In this document: positions 25,609 to 33,567 of the stretch, one piece after another
How positions within the stretch are numbered: position 1 is the first letter of the stretch
Layout of the letters: each line of letters opens with the position of its first letter
Virus record (IMG/VR): IMGVR_UViG_3300018876_001979
Span: 1 to 33,567 of that record
Length of the DNA stretch: 33,567 bases
Origin: a virus
Taxonomy: Duplodnaviria > Caudoviricetes
Reading direction: 5' to 3' (one strand)
The notes under the pieces: model-generated
Seen by the model: the letters and a program-made list of their open reading frames with translations, nothing else
What the model was told of the DNA's origin: nothing
Database searches by the model: none
Position numbers and translations under genes: made by a program

Positions 25609-26432
25609 TGAAACTATATTTTATGATACCATTACTTTTATCTCTTGGTGGATGTGCAATGATGCCATCATTGGAAGTATTGAATGATTTGGACAAGTCG
25701 CCAACCATTCAAGAAAGTCCTATTGATTCTAGATTGAAAGATGTTCCCCCAATTGATGGAAAGAAGATAACAATCGCAGTATATCAATTTATGGACAAGA
25801 CGGGGCAGCGAAAGCCTGGCGATAACATTGCAAACCTTAGTTCTGCAGTTACACAAGGTTCAGAGGTTTGGGTGATTAAGGCATTGCAAGATGTTGGCAA
25901 TTCACAATGGTTTGAGGTTGTCGAGAGAGTTGGAATGGACAATCTTATCAAAGAAAGACAATTGATAAGGAATACTAGAGAAATATATGAAAAAGACAGG
26001 GCAAACGGCCCAACAGCATTAAAACCTATGATTTTTGCTGGATTATTATTGGAAGGTGGAGTTGTAGGATATGACAGTAATACTGCAGTTGGCGGAATCG
26101 GCGGCCGGTATCTTGGAATTGGGGCCCAAACAGAATATAGAATAGATACAGTAACTGTAGTTATGAGATTAGTTAGCGTTAATACGGGCAAAGTTTTGAT
26201 GAGTATTGCCACGGAAAAATCTATTGCAAGCTATAGATCGGGTGCAGATGTTTTTAAATTTCTAGATCTAGGAACAAAACTTGTAGAAACAGAAGCAGGA
26301 TTTTCAGTAAACGAGCCTGTGAATTATGCAGTTCGGGCAGCGATCGAACAGGGAATTATAGAACTTGTCTATGAAGGTGTTGATAAAGGATTATGGAAAT
26401 TTAAAACTACTAAAGGAAAGGAAAACAAATAA
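25608..26432 (+). CDS. csgG: Curli secretion channel CsgG-like lipoprotein
   Basis: Lipobox LGGC, IAVYQFMDKTGQRKP, SSAVTQG, WFEVVER.G..NL.KERQLIR, EGGVVGYDSN, YRIDTVTV.MRLVSV.TG, NEPV..AVR.AIE. Confidence 0.93.
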   Translation: MKLYFMIPLLLSLGGCAMMPSLEVLNDLDKSPTIQESPIDSRLKDVPPIDGKKITIAVYQFMDKTGQRKPGDNIANLSSAVTQGSEVWVIKALQDVGNSQWFEVVERVGMDNLIKERQLIRNTREIYEKDRANGPTALKPMIFAGLLLEGGVVGYDSNTAVGGIGGRYLGIGAQTEYRIDTVTVVMRLVSVNTGKVLMSIATEKSIASYRSGADVFKFLDLGTKLVETEAGFSVNEPVNYAVRAAIEQGIIELVYEGVDKGLWKFKTTKGKENK

Positions 26433-27148
26433 TGTTGAAATATTTAATTTCAATGCTATTAGTTCTGACATTTATTGGAGCTCCATCATTCGCAAATGAT
26501 ATTTACATTACCCAAAGCGGTGACAATCTAGACTTGGATATAACACAGGATGGACAAGACAACGAATTTGGTGATAGCACTACTGATGCAAGTCTCACAG
26601 GAGATTTGATGACCTTCAGCATCACTCAAACAGGAAACTTTAATAAAATTGATATCGAAATCGATGGCAATAATTATACTGGTACTTGGGCCTTTACTGG
26701 AGACAGTAATATTGTAGATTTTACTTGTGACGCGACATCTGGTGTAAATTGTGAAACTGTAACTGCAAATATCACAACAAATGGTGATGACAACCAATTT
26801 GAAATCTATATTGGAGAAACTTCAGATTCGGAAGATCTAATTGCAAACTTCACTATTACTGGTGACAATTCTCAATTTATCAATAATATAGATGGTACTG
26901 ATGCAAATGTGACAGTTGTTTCTAATAACTCTGCAAGCTTGGCAACAACTTCTGTTAACTCAGATGAAGGAAACGTGATTACATTAGACCTAGATGGAAA
27001 TGGGGATGTAAATGGACATACAATTACATTGAATATCACTGGAGGCGGTAGTACATATAATGTCACGCAAAGCGGAATATATGATAACATGGTGGACGCA
27101 ACATTTAATGGTGATTCACATGATGTCGATATTACGCAGTCTGACTAG
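26432..27148 (+). CDS. Curlin-like beta-solenoid protein 1 (CsgA/CsgB-like)
   Basis: Signal peptide (...PSFA), then NDIYITQSGDNLDLDITQDGQDN, SITQTGNFNKIDI and further xIxxxGDxN repeats. Very acidic, Asn/Thr/Gly-rich. Confidence 0.7.
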   Translation: MLKYLISMLLVLTFIGAPSFANDIYITQSGDNLDLDITQDGQDNEFGDSTTDASLTGDLMTFSITQTGNFNKIDIEIDGNNYTGTWAFTGDSNIVDFTCDATSGVNCETVTANITTNGDDNQFEIYIGETSDSEDLIANFTITGDNSQFINNIDGTDANVTVVSNNSASLATTSVNSDEGNVITLDLDGNGDVNGHTITLNITGGGSTYNVTQSGIYDNMVDATFNGDSHDVDITQSD

Positions 27149-28247
27149 TTTAGTATTATTATTTCCGACTATTGCATTTGGTTCTGCCGGAGAAATCGGT
27201 TCCTTTACTGGTAGTGGAGTTTTAGAAAGAAACAATCAAATTATCGATGGTGGCGCTGGTGTTGGTGTTCAGTCTATGGACACAGCAGTTACTGCAAAAG
27301 GTAGAATGAGAATTGATTTTATAGACGATACTAGAGTTGATATAACTGAACATGCAAGACTTCTTATCGATGATTTTGTATACGATCCAAATACTGGTAG
27401 AGGCAGTCTAGGCCTAAAAGCAACGCTGGGTACAGTAAGATATGCTAGTGGCCAAATTGCAAAAAATAGTAGACAGAGAGTAAATATTCGTACCCCAAGT
27501 GCAAAGATTAATGTAAGGGGTACAGATTTTATTATGGTTGTAGATGAAATTGGTGGCACAATGATTACTCTACTTCCTAGTTGTGATATTTCTGGTAGTT
27601 GTGTGACTGGAGAAATTATGGTAGAGAATGATAACGGATTTGTCATAATGAATCAAGCATTCCAATCTACAATTGTCAAACAATCTTGGACTCCTCCACT
27701 CAAACCACTACTATTAGAGCTTGAAGAGGGCGATATAACAAATCTTCTAATACTTAGAAAGAAATCTCCTTATGTAGAAGAAGAGGAAGAAATTGTTAAG
27801 AAAGCAAGAAAGATGTATGAATTTCTTGATATCGACTTCTTAGAATTTGAGGGTTTGGACGAAGATGCACTTGTAGATGATATAAAAAACATTTGGGCAA
27901 CTGAACTAAATAATACGGATTTATATCTCCAAGAATTGCTTCATGATATGTTAGATCAACTAAACATTGCCCTTGCAGAACTTTTCAGAGATGAACTACA
28001 AAAACAAAATGAGGAATTTTTTGCAGAAAGAACTCTTGGCTATGATAGCAAAACTAGAATAACTTTAGAAAATCAAGACCCCAACTGGAGAGTTCAGAGA
28101 GAAGATACTTCTATAACTCATTACTTAGATTTAAAATTAAATCAATCATATGGGTATACTATAAATATGGAGCAACAAGATGACACGATTTATGACTATC
28201 GCCTTGGTGTTGGTAGCAACACTATTAATATCATCCAAGTCCAGTAG
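27120..28247 (+). CDS. Exported FecR-domain protein
   Basis: Signal peptide MMSILRSLTSLVLLFPTIAFG (start 27120/27123, not 27060). FecR motifs D...T..GRMRI.F.DDT.V.I.EHA.L.ID, G.VRYASG, IRTPSA.I.VRGTDF. Acidic linker and beta-rich C-terminus. Confidence 0.85.
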   Translation: MMSILRSLTSLVLLFPTIAFGSAGEIGSFTGSGVLERNNQIIDGGAGVGVQSMDTAVTAKGRMRIDFIDDTRVDITEHARLLIDDFVYDPNTGRGSLGLKATLGTVRYASGQIAKNSRQRVNIRTPSAKINVRGTDFIMVVDEIGGTMITLLPSCDISGSCVTGEIMVENDNGFVIMNQAFQSTIVKQSWTPPLKPLLLELEEGDITNLLILRKKSPYVEEEEEIVKKARKMYEFLDIDFLEFEGLDEDALVDDIKNIWATELNNTDLYLQELLHDMLDQLNIALAELFRDELQKQNEEFFAERTLGYDSKTRITLENQDPNWRVQREDTSITHYLDLKLNQSYGYTINMEQQDDTIYDYRLGVGSNTINIIQVQ

Positions 28248-28860
28248 TAACGAAATTTATATCAGCCAAGTTGGTGATGATCTTACTTTGGAAGTACAAC
28301 AACGTAGCGAAGACAACTATATTAGTTTTAATAGCACCGGCGACTCTAATGATATTACTATTCGTCAAGGTATGAAAGACGATGGCACCGTTGATTTAGA
28401 CGAAACTGGTCAACACGAAGCATACTGGACTGTGACTGGTAATAATAACAATGTTGAAAGTTATCAAACAGATGAAAATAGAGGCGGCGGAGGCGGCGAT
28501 CATCATCATTTGGCAAACATTGTAAATGGTGATAATAATAATGTATCACATACTCAAATGGGCAAAGCAGGACATACAGGATTTGTCGAAATACAAGGCG
28601 ATAGCAACAATGTGTTGTTATCGCAAAGAGGAAACGGTGGACAAAAGTGGGCAGACATAGTTTTAACTGGCGATGGCCACAGTGTTGACAGTGACCAAAG
28701 AGGATCCGGCAGTGCCAATTTAGAACTAGATTTAACAAACAACGGCGGTGCATATAGTATAACTACGAATCAGAATACAAGTACAACACATAGGAGTTAT
28801 AGTTTAACAGGCTCGTGTGTAACCTCAAGTGGTTGTGCAGTAACAGTTACACAGAATTGA
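28180..28860 (+). CDS. Curlin-like beta-solenoid protein 2 (CsgA/CsgB-like)
   Basis: Signal peptide (start 28180 or 28192), NEIYISQVGD, GDSNDITIRQG, GNNNNVESYQ, GDNNNVSHTQMG, GDSNNVLLSQRG, GDGHSVDSDQRG curlin-type N-x-x-x-x-x-Q-x-G repeats. Confidence 0.75.
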   Translation: MTRFMTIALVLVATLLISSKSSSNEIYISQVGDDLTLEVQQRSEDNYISFNSTGDSNDITIRQGMKDDGTVDLDETGQHEAYWTVTGNNNNVESYQTDENRGGGGGDHHHLANIVNGDNNNVSHTQMGKAGHTGFVEIQGDSNNVLLSQRGNGGQKWADIVLTGDGHSVDSDQRGSGSANLELDLTNNGGAYSITTNQNTSTTHRSYSLTGSCVTSSGCAVTVTQN

Positions 28861-28872
28861 GGATAGCTTACC

Positions 28873-30915
28873 ATGAAAAAAGTTTTACTTTCGCCCATAT
28901 GGAGTGTTTTATTACTTATATGTTTGACATGGATATATGTATTAAATCCATCTCTGATAGAAAGTATTAGATTAAGATACTTTGACACACTTATTATAAA
29001 TCAACCAGTTCAAGATAATAATATTTACGCAATAAATATAGATGAAGATACCATAAATAAGTATGGTCAATGGCCGTTTCCAAGAGAAAACTATTCTGAT
29101 ATAATTATAGATTTATATGACAGGGGTGCTGGTTTAGTTGTCTGGAATGTGTTGATGAGTGAAGAAGATAGATTTGGCGGAGATGCAGATTTATCTATGA
29201 CAATGACTCAGGTGCCAGTTATTTTGACCATGATAGGAACTGAGGAAAATAAAAATGAACCGTATAACCCTGGCGCTGGAATTATCAATAGTGACTATAT
29301 GCATCTTATCCCAAGTATATCTGGGATCACAACTAATATTAATGTCCTCGAAACTAACGCTGTTGGCACAGGAATCGCAGACACATATCCAGAGATAGAT
29401 GGTGTTACAAGAAGAGCTCCCCTAGTATTCGAAAGTAATGGTATTCTGTATCCAAATGTGACTATGGAAGTCATGAGAGTTATTGCTGGAGACCCATCAT
29501 TTCAAATCAAACTATCTCCGCTAGGAGTTGATAAACTTAGAATACCACAGTTTGGAATTATTCAGACAAATGCACTTGGAGAAATCTGGATAGATTGGTC
29601 GCAAGGATATAAAACCGCAAGTGCGGTAGATCTACCAGAAGATTTAAATGGCGCAGTAGTATTTGTGGGTGTTACTGCTGGTGGAATTACACAACCAATT
29701 TCAACTGCGAAAGGTGGAGTCTGGCCTCATGAGATGCAAGCTGCAATGTTGGGAACCACATTCAATGATTCTAATATCTCAAGACATCCAGACGCCAAAG
29801 CTTGGGGAGAACTTGCTGCACTAGTTATTGCTGGTGTTTTATTGATCGCACTGTCGAGATGGACTTATATTGGATTGGGTTTCTTCGTATTAACATTGAC
29901 AGGGTTTGTAGGTGGTTCAATCTACGGATTCGCACAGTACGGCCTCCTAATAGATGGCCTAACTATCTCTTTTTTATTACTTCTTTTAGGAACTTTTAGG
30001 TACTCAGTTAAGTTTATTAGTGAGTTTTTAGAGAAACAGGCAATTAAAAAGCAATTTGCTGGCTATGCTTCTCCAACAGTGGTTCGTATGTTGCAAGAAA
30101 ATCCTTCACTTATTAAAGATGGCATGAAGAAAGAGATCAGTATATGTTTCTCAGATTTACGTGGATTTACTCCATTAGGAGAATCCTTTGGTGATGATGT
30201 AAAGGGGTTGACAAAGATTATGAATGGCTATATGGATGCCATAACACAACCCATACTTGATGCTGATGGTATGGTAATTAAATATATTGGTGATGCGTCA
30301 ATGCATGTGCATAACGCTCCTATAGATGACCCCAATCATCCGCACACTGCAGTTCAATGTGCTTTAGATATGTTAAAGGCCGTAGAGAAATTTAATGATA
30401 AAATAACTGCAGAAGGAAGACCTCCAGTTGGTATGGGAGCAGGTATTAATACTGGATTGGGATATCTTGGAGAGATGGGAAGTACTCAGAGACATTCTTA
30501 TGATGTTCTTGGAGACAGTGTATCAACTGCAGCAAGAATAGAAAGTAAATGTAAAGAATATGGAATGGTCTTACTGATTGGCGAGGCAACCTATGAGAAG
30601 ACTAAAGATGATTTCTTTTATCTGAAACTAGATGATCTAGCAGTAAAAGGTAAATCCATAGGGATTAGTATATACACTGTTTTAGATGATGTCAAGAGTA
30701 ATTGGGATAAATTTTTAAAAATTCACAGAAATATGTTGAAGTTTTATAGAAATAAACAGTTTGACAAAGCTATAGAATTGTGTAATATACTGACAGGAGA
30801 ATTTGATAAAAAGATGGATGGATATTATGAAATGTGGATTGAACGATGTGAGTATATGAAAACGCAAGACCTACCAGAAGATTGGAATGGCGTCTTCATT
30901 GCTACTACCAAGTGA
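28873..30915 (+). CDS. CHASE2-domain membrane adenylate cyclase (class III)
   Basis: N-terminal TM, CHASE2 (INIDEDTINKYGQWPFPR, DGVTRR.PL), three TMs, cyclase motifs FSDLRGFT, IKYIGDA, GINTG...GEMGS..R.SYDVLGDSV..AARIES, C-terminal TPR-like tail ending WNGVF.ATTK. Confidence 0.92.
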   Translation: MKKVLLSPIWSVLLLICLTWIYVLNPSLIESIRLRYFDTLIINQPVQDNNIYAINIDEDTINKYGQWPFPRENYSDIIIDLYDRGAGLVVWNVLMSEEDRFGGDADLSMTMTQVPVILTMIGTEENKNEPYNPGAGIINSDYMHLIPSISGITTNINVLETNAVGTGIADTYPEIDGVTRRAPLVFESNGILYPNVTMEVMRVIAGDPSFQIKLSPLGVDKLRIPQFGIIQTNALGEIWIDWSQGYKTASAVDLPEDLNGAVVFVGVTAGGITQPISTAKGGVWPHEMQAAMLGTTFNDSNISRHPDAKAWGELAALVIAGVLLIALSRWTYIGLGFFVLTLTGFVGGSIYGFAQYGLLIDGLTISFLLLLLGTFRYSVKFISEFLEKQAIKKQFAGYASPTVVRMLQENPSLIKDGMKKEISICFSDLRGFTPLGESFGDDVKGLTKIMNGYMDAITQPILDADGMVIKYIGDASMHVHNAPIDDPNHPHTAVQCALDMLKAVEKFNDKITAEGRPPVGMGAGINTGLGYLGEMGSTQRHSYDVLGDSVSTAARIESKCKEYGMVLLIGEATYEKTKDDFFYLKLDDLAVKGKSIGISIYTVLDDVKSNWDKFLKIHRNMLKFYRNKQFDKAIELCNILTGEFDKKMDGYYEMWIERCEYMKTQDLPEDWNGVFIATTK

Positions 30916-30945
30916 ATTAATTGATGGTTTCAGATTATTATAATT

Positions 30946-33273
30946 TTAAGGTGTATAAAAATAAGTTTTGCCGAAGTGATCGCCATACCAACCAGTGGGG
31001 GCCCCATTCGCGTAATAGAAATGAATTGGTGCGCCGACGCCTAGAGTATAAGAGTCGCCGGATATACACAGCCCTTGGCCAAACTTCGCGCCGTGTTGTG
31101 GGCCATTAGGGTCCGATATAGAACTGAGATCGTCTGGATTTGATATTTTATCTACTTCCACAAAACTTCCCGATCCGTTTTTCTGAAAAACATGAAACCC
31201 ACCACCTTCTAGATATTGGCTATTTTCCGCTTGTGGTTTACCTACAACAATAACAGTTCCATTGTCATCTATTGTAACTCTTGTTCCAAATCCATCATTC
31301 GTACCCAACGAGCCAGATGGAGTTAATGCTACTCCAGAATCCCATGAAGTTCCAGTTCTTGTAAACACCCATGCCTTTCCATGCATATTATGGCTCGAGC
31401 CGTTGCTTGATGCCCCACCATCACCAATCACTAGAATATTACCATCATTAGTGCATGATATTGACCCAAACGCGCCCGTATTCAATCCACCAAATCGATT
31501 GGAATGCCAGATACCCGCCGGAGAATCTATTTCTGTTTGAAGGCTCCAACTCGTTCCACTTCTTGTGTATATTTTAACAGATGGTGCAGCGGATTGGGCC
31601 CTCTCATTGGAATTCCCATTGCCCGCGCCTCTTGTTATAAAAACAGTATTACCATCACCAGAAATCGCTACTCCGTTTCCTTGGTAATCATAATTGTAAT
31701 CGCTTTCAAAAGTTATTTCTTTTGCCCACGTTGTTCCAGTCCTCTTATATATATGTGCTTGTCCACGATTAGTTCGATTTCCTGCCGTGACTCCTGCGTG
31801 TCCAACAACTAGTCTTTCGCCTAATTTATCCATACTTATACATCCACCATAAGTGGGAAAATTTAATGCATGTAAATAATTTGTTTCAGCAGCTATAACA
31901 GCTTCTCTTGTTGCAGTTGTACCGCTTAGTGTATATATTATTACATTTCCTGCGCGATTTGAATCATCTCCTGAAGTACTACCATACACAGCAGAGATTG
32001 CAACTCTTGTGCCATTTGCGTCCATTGCAACTGATGTTCCTAATCTACCTCTTTCATAATTATCAGCATATGTGATATGAGTTGGACTTCCCCAACTAGC
32101 ACCAGACCTTGTGAATATAGACCAAGCACCTTCATTGTTATTGCCAGTTGATGGATTGCCCACAATCATTTTATTTCCATCTTCAGATAATGCTATATCA
32201 CTGCCCTGACTTGTAGCATCCCATCCAAAGGCGGAATAACTATGCTGTAACGACCCAGATGACCAATCGGCTGAAAATGAAAGAGTAAACGAACTTGGAG
32301 AAGTTTCTTGATTTTCTCCATTGGTTGCAATGAAAGATACAGTAAACTCACCAGCATCAGAATTATTAGTAGATGGTGTTATCGTAAATACATTGTTTAC
32401 ATTAGTGATCGTAGTTCCACCCAAAGATCCTGATGTAACTTGATGACTCCATTGCAAAGGAATTCCATCTGGATCCGAACTTGAAAGAGTGATTGATAAA
32501 GGGGTTCCATCATTTGCAAGTTCATATGTTGCTGCATTTCCAGTAACTGCTGTGATTGGATTGCTTATCAATGCAATATTATACCAACCTGTTCCATTAA
32601 ACAAATATAATTTATTGTTCTCTGCAACATATGCTTGTGTTCCAGTATTTACTCCAGATGTGGGTAATTGTGATAATAGATTATATGCGCTCATTGCTGG
32701 TGCTGAAGCTTGTTCTTGTGTTTCAATAGAATTATCAGAACTATCTAGAAACTGAATTGTGTTTCCAGCACCTTTTTTCATTTTAATAGGATTTCCTGTT
32801 CCATCATCAATAGTTACTTCTTTTGCTTTGATAGTTCTTGGATTTCCAGAAGTATCTCTGATATCAATACCAGTACCATCATCGGATATTTTACTGTCTC
32901 CGATAACAGCAGTATTTCCACTCAGATACAAATCTTTGAATCTATTTGTAGATGAACCTAAATCGTGTACAATATTTTGATCTGGTATCAAATCTCCAGT
33001 GATTGTGGAAAGAGTTGTGACTGTGATTGATGCAGGGTTTAGAACTTGTTTGATTGCTCCTGCAAGTCTTGCGACATCATCAGCTGATGCAGAACCAACC
33101 AACGCATTTGCTCTTGCATTGATTGCATCTTCTAAAGACTTGTCTTCTCCAAGATTTAATGCCTTTACTGCTCTTGCAAGAGAAACTAATTCATTTACAT
33201 TTGCTGTTGGAATACCATTCACAATCTTAGTTTTGAGTGCTGAGATTGATGTGGATAAATCACTATCTGCCAT
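30946..33273 (-). CDS. Virion fibre/adhesin-like protein with FG-GAP-like beta-propeller
   Basis: GDLIPDQNIVHDLGSSTNRFKDLYLSG tail-fibre motif, shared LPTSG...LYLFNGTGW and DPDG...FTITPST module, about seven GxxVA(I/L/M)SxDG...G...(I/V)(F/Y)TRxGxSW repeats. Confidence 0.7.
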   Translation of the reverse strand: MADSDLSTSISALKTKIVNGIPTANVNELVSLARAVKALNLGEDKSLEDAINARANALVGSASADDVARLAGAIKQVLNPASITVTTLSTITGDLIPDQNIVHDLGSSTNRFKDLYLSGNTAVIGDSKISDDGTGIDIRDTSGNPRTIKAKEVTIDDGTGNPIKMKKGAGNTIQFLDSSDNSIETQEQASAPAMSAYNLLSQLPTSGVNTGTQAYVAENNKLYLFNGTGWYNIALISNPITAVTGNAATYELANDGTPLSITLSSSDPDGIPLQWSHQVTSGSLGGTTITNVNNVFTITPSTNNSDAGEFTVSFIATNGENQETSPSSFTLSFSADWSSGSLQHSYSAFGWDATSQGSDIALSEDGNKMIVGNPSTGNNNEGAWSIFTRSGASWGSPTHITYADNYERGRLGTSVAMDANGTRVAISAVYGSTSGDDSNRAGNVIIYTLSGTTATREAVIAAETNYLHALNFPTYGGCISMDKLGERLVVGHAGVTAGNRTNRGQAHIYKRTGTTWAKEITFESDYNYDYQGNGVAISGDGNTVFITRGAGNGNSNERAQSAAPSVKIYTRSGTSWSLQTEIDSPAGIWHSNRFGGLNTGAFGSISCTNDGNILVIGDGGASSNGSSHNMHGKAWVFTRTGTSWDSGVALTPSGSLGTNDGFGTRVTIDDNGTVIVVGKPQAENSQYLEGGGFHVFQKNGSGSFVEVDKISNPDDLSSISDPNGPQHGAKFGQGLCISGDSYTLGVGAPIHFYYANGAPTGWYGDHFGKTYFYTP

Positions 33274-33282
33274 TGTACTTCC

Positions 33283-33567
33283 TTATACCGTTGTTTCGCC
33301 AGCAGTAGAGTCCGCTAATTTACAGTTTGTATTTGGAAATTCTCTTGGCGATGGCCCGCCCCAAATAATTCTCACACAACCTGGCCCTCTACCTGCATAA
33401 GCCTCGTTTCCGTTACTGTGTGCGCCCCTACCATCTCCAACATGTAGGTTTATAACTTCGCCCGGCGTTACAGAGATATTATTTCCATATGCAAGGGCGC
33501 CGCCTCCTCCACCAACTGAATTGGATGGGTTTCTGTTTGCACCACCAGCTCCGGCTCCGTAAAGACC
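33283..33567 (-). CDS. 3' end of a glycine-rich tail-fibre-associated protein (partial, runs off the window)
   Basis: Minus-strand frame open from 33567: GLYGAGAGG...GGGGGALAYGNNISVTPGE...GCVRIIWGG.SPREFPNT...ETTV-stop. The stop overlaps the AAGGA SD of the next gene. Confidence 0.75.
   Translation of the reverse strand, partial: GLYGAGAGGANRNPSNSVGGGGGALAYGNNISVTPGEVINLHVGDGRGAHSNGNEAYAGRGPGCVRIIWGGPSPREFPNTNCKLADSTAGETTV

Noticed and set aside
27060-27119. ORF-track starts at 27060 (FecR), 12419 (DenV-like), 24597 and 15010
   Set aside because: Downstream ATGs (27120/27123, 12440, 24651, 15019) give proper signal peptides, family N-termini, stop/start coupling or better SD spacing.
25147-30915. 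Curli/cyclase block as host chromosomal contamination or a prophage boundary
   Set aside because: It has similar AT-rich composition, sits behind a T4 late promoter, and is flanked by phage thyX and fibre genes without visible junction signatures.
30921-31109. 62-aa plus-strand ORF after the cyclase as an extra operon member
   Set aside because: Almost wholly antisense to the 3' end of the 775-aa gene, with a TTG start, no SD and no motif.
16562-33273. Diversity-generating retroelement acting on the fibre genes
   Set aside because: No reverse transcriptase and no near-identical template/variable repeat pair seen. Similarity among the paralogues is at protein level.
68-33400. Numerous 60-180 aa ORFs antisense to, or nested in, the long genes (e.g. 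2858-3367, 9312-9851, 25784-26212, 32999-33400)
   Set aside because: They shadow well-supported genes, lack SD sequences or recognisable motifs, and show the composition expected of reverse-frame translations.

Overview
AT-rich segment of a large T4-like phage genome. The host is probably a marine alphaproteobacterium, but this is inferred, not shown. Left to right it carries: (i) two long modular proteins punctuated by recurring Glu-rich linkers, the first starting with a cytidyltransferase domain and containing an HNH module; (ii) conserved T4-like hypotheticals and a candidate spanin pair/holin-like lysis cassette; (iii) a DNA metabolism block (gp61 primase, class II-type RNR, RuvC-like resolvase, DenV-like glycosylase, RNase H, HAD nucleotidase, and ThyX further right) with five near-consensus sigma70 promoters and two tRNAs (Leu-TAA, probable Ile2-CAT); (iv) minus-strand virion fibre/adhesin-like paralogues, one lying in a 3.8 kb cassette bounded by an exact 36-bp direct repeat; (v) a tightly coupled operon behind a late promoter. 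That operon has four small genes (two paralogue pairs), csgF, csgG, a curlin-like protein, a FecR-domain protein, a second curlin-like protein and a CHASE2 membrane adenylate cyclase. It is the best candidate for an unusual system: a phage-encoded curli-type export machine genetically coupled to trans-envelope cAMP signalling. All assignments come from motif recognition by eye; no database searches were run.
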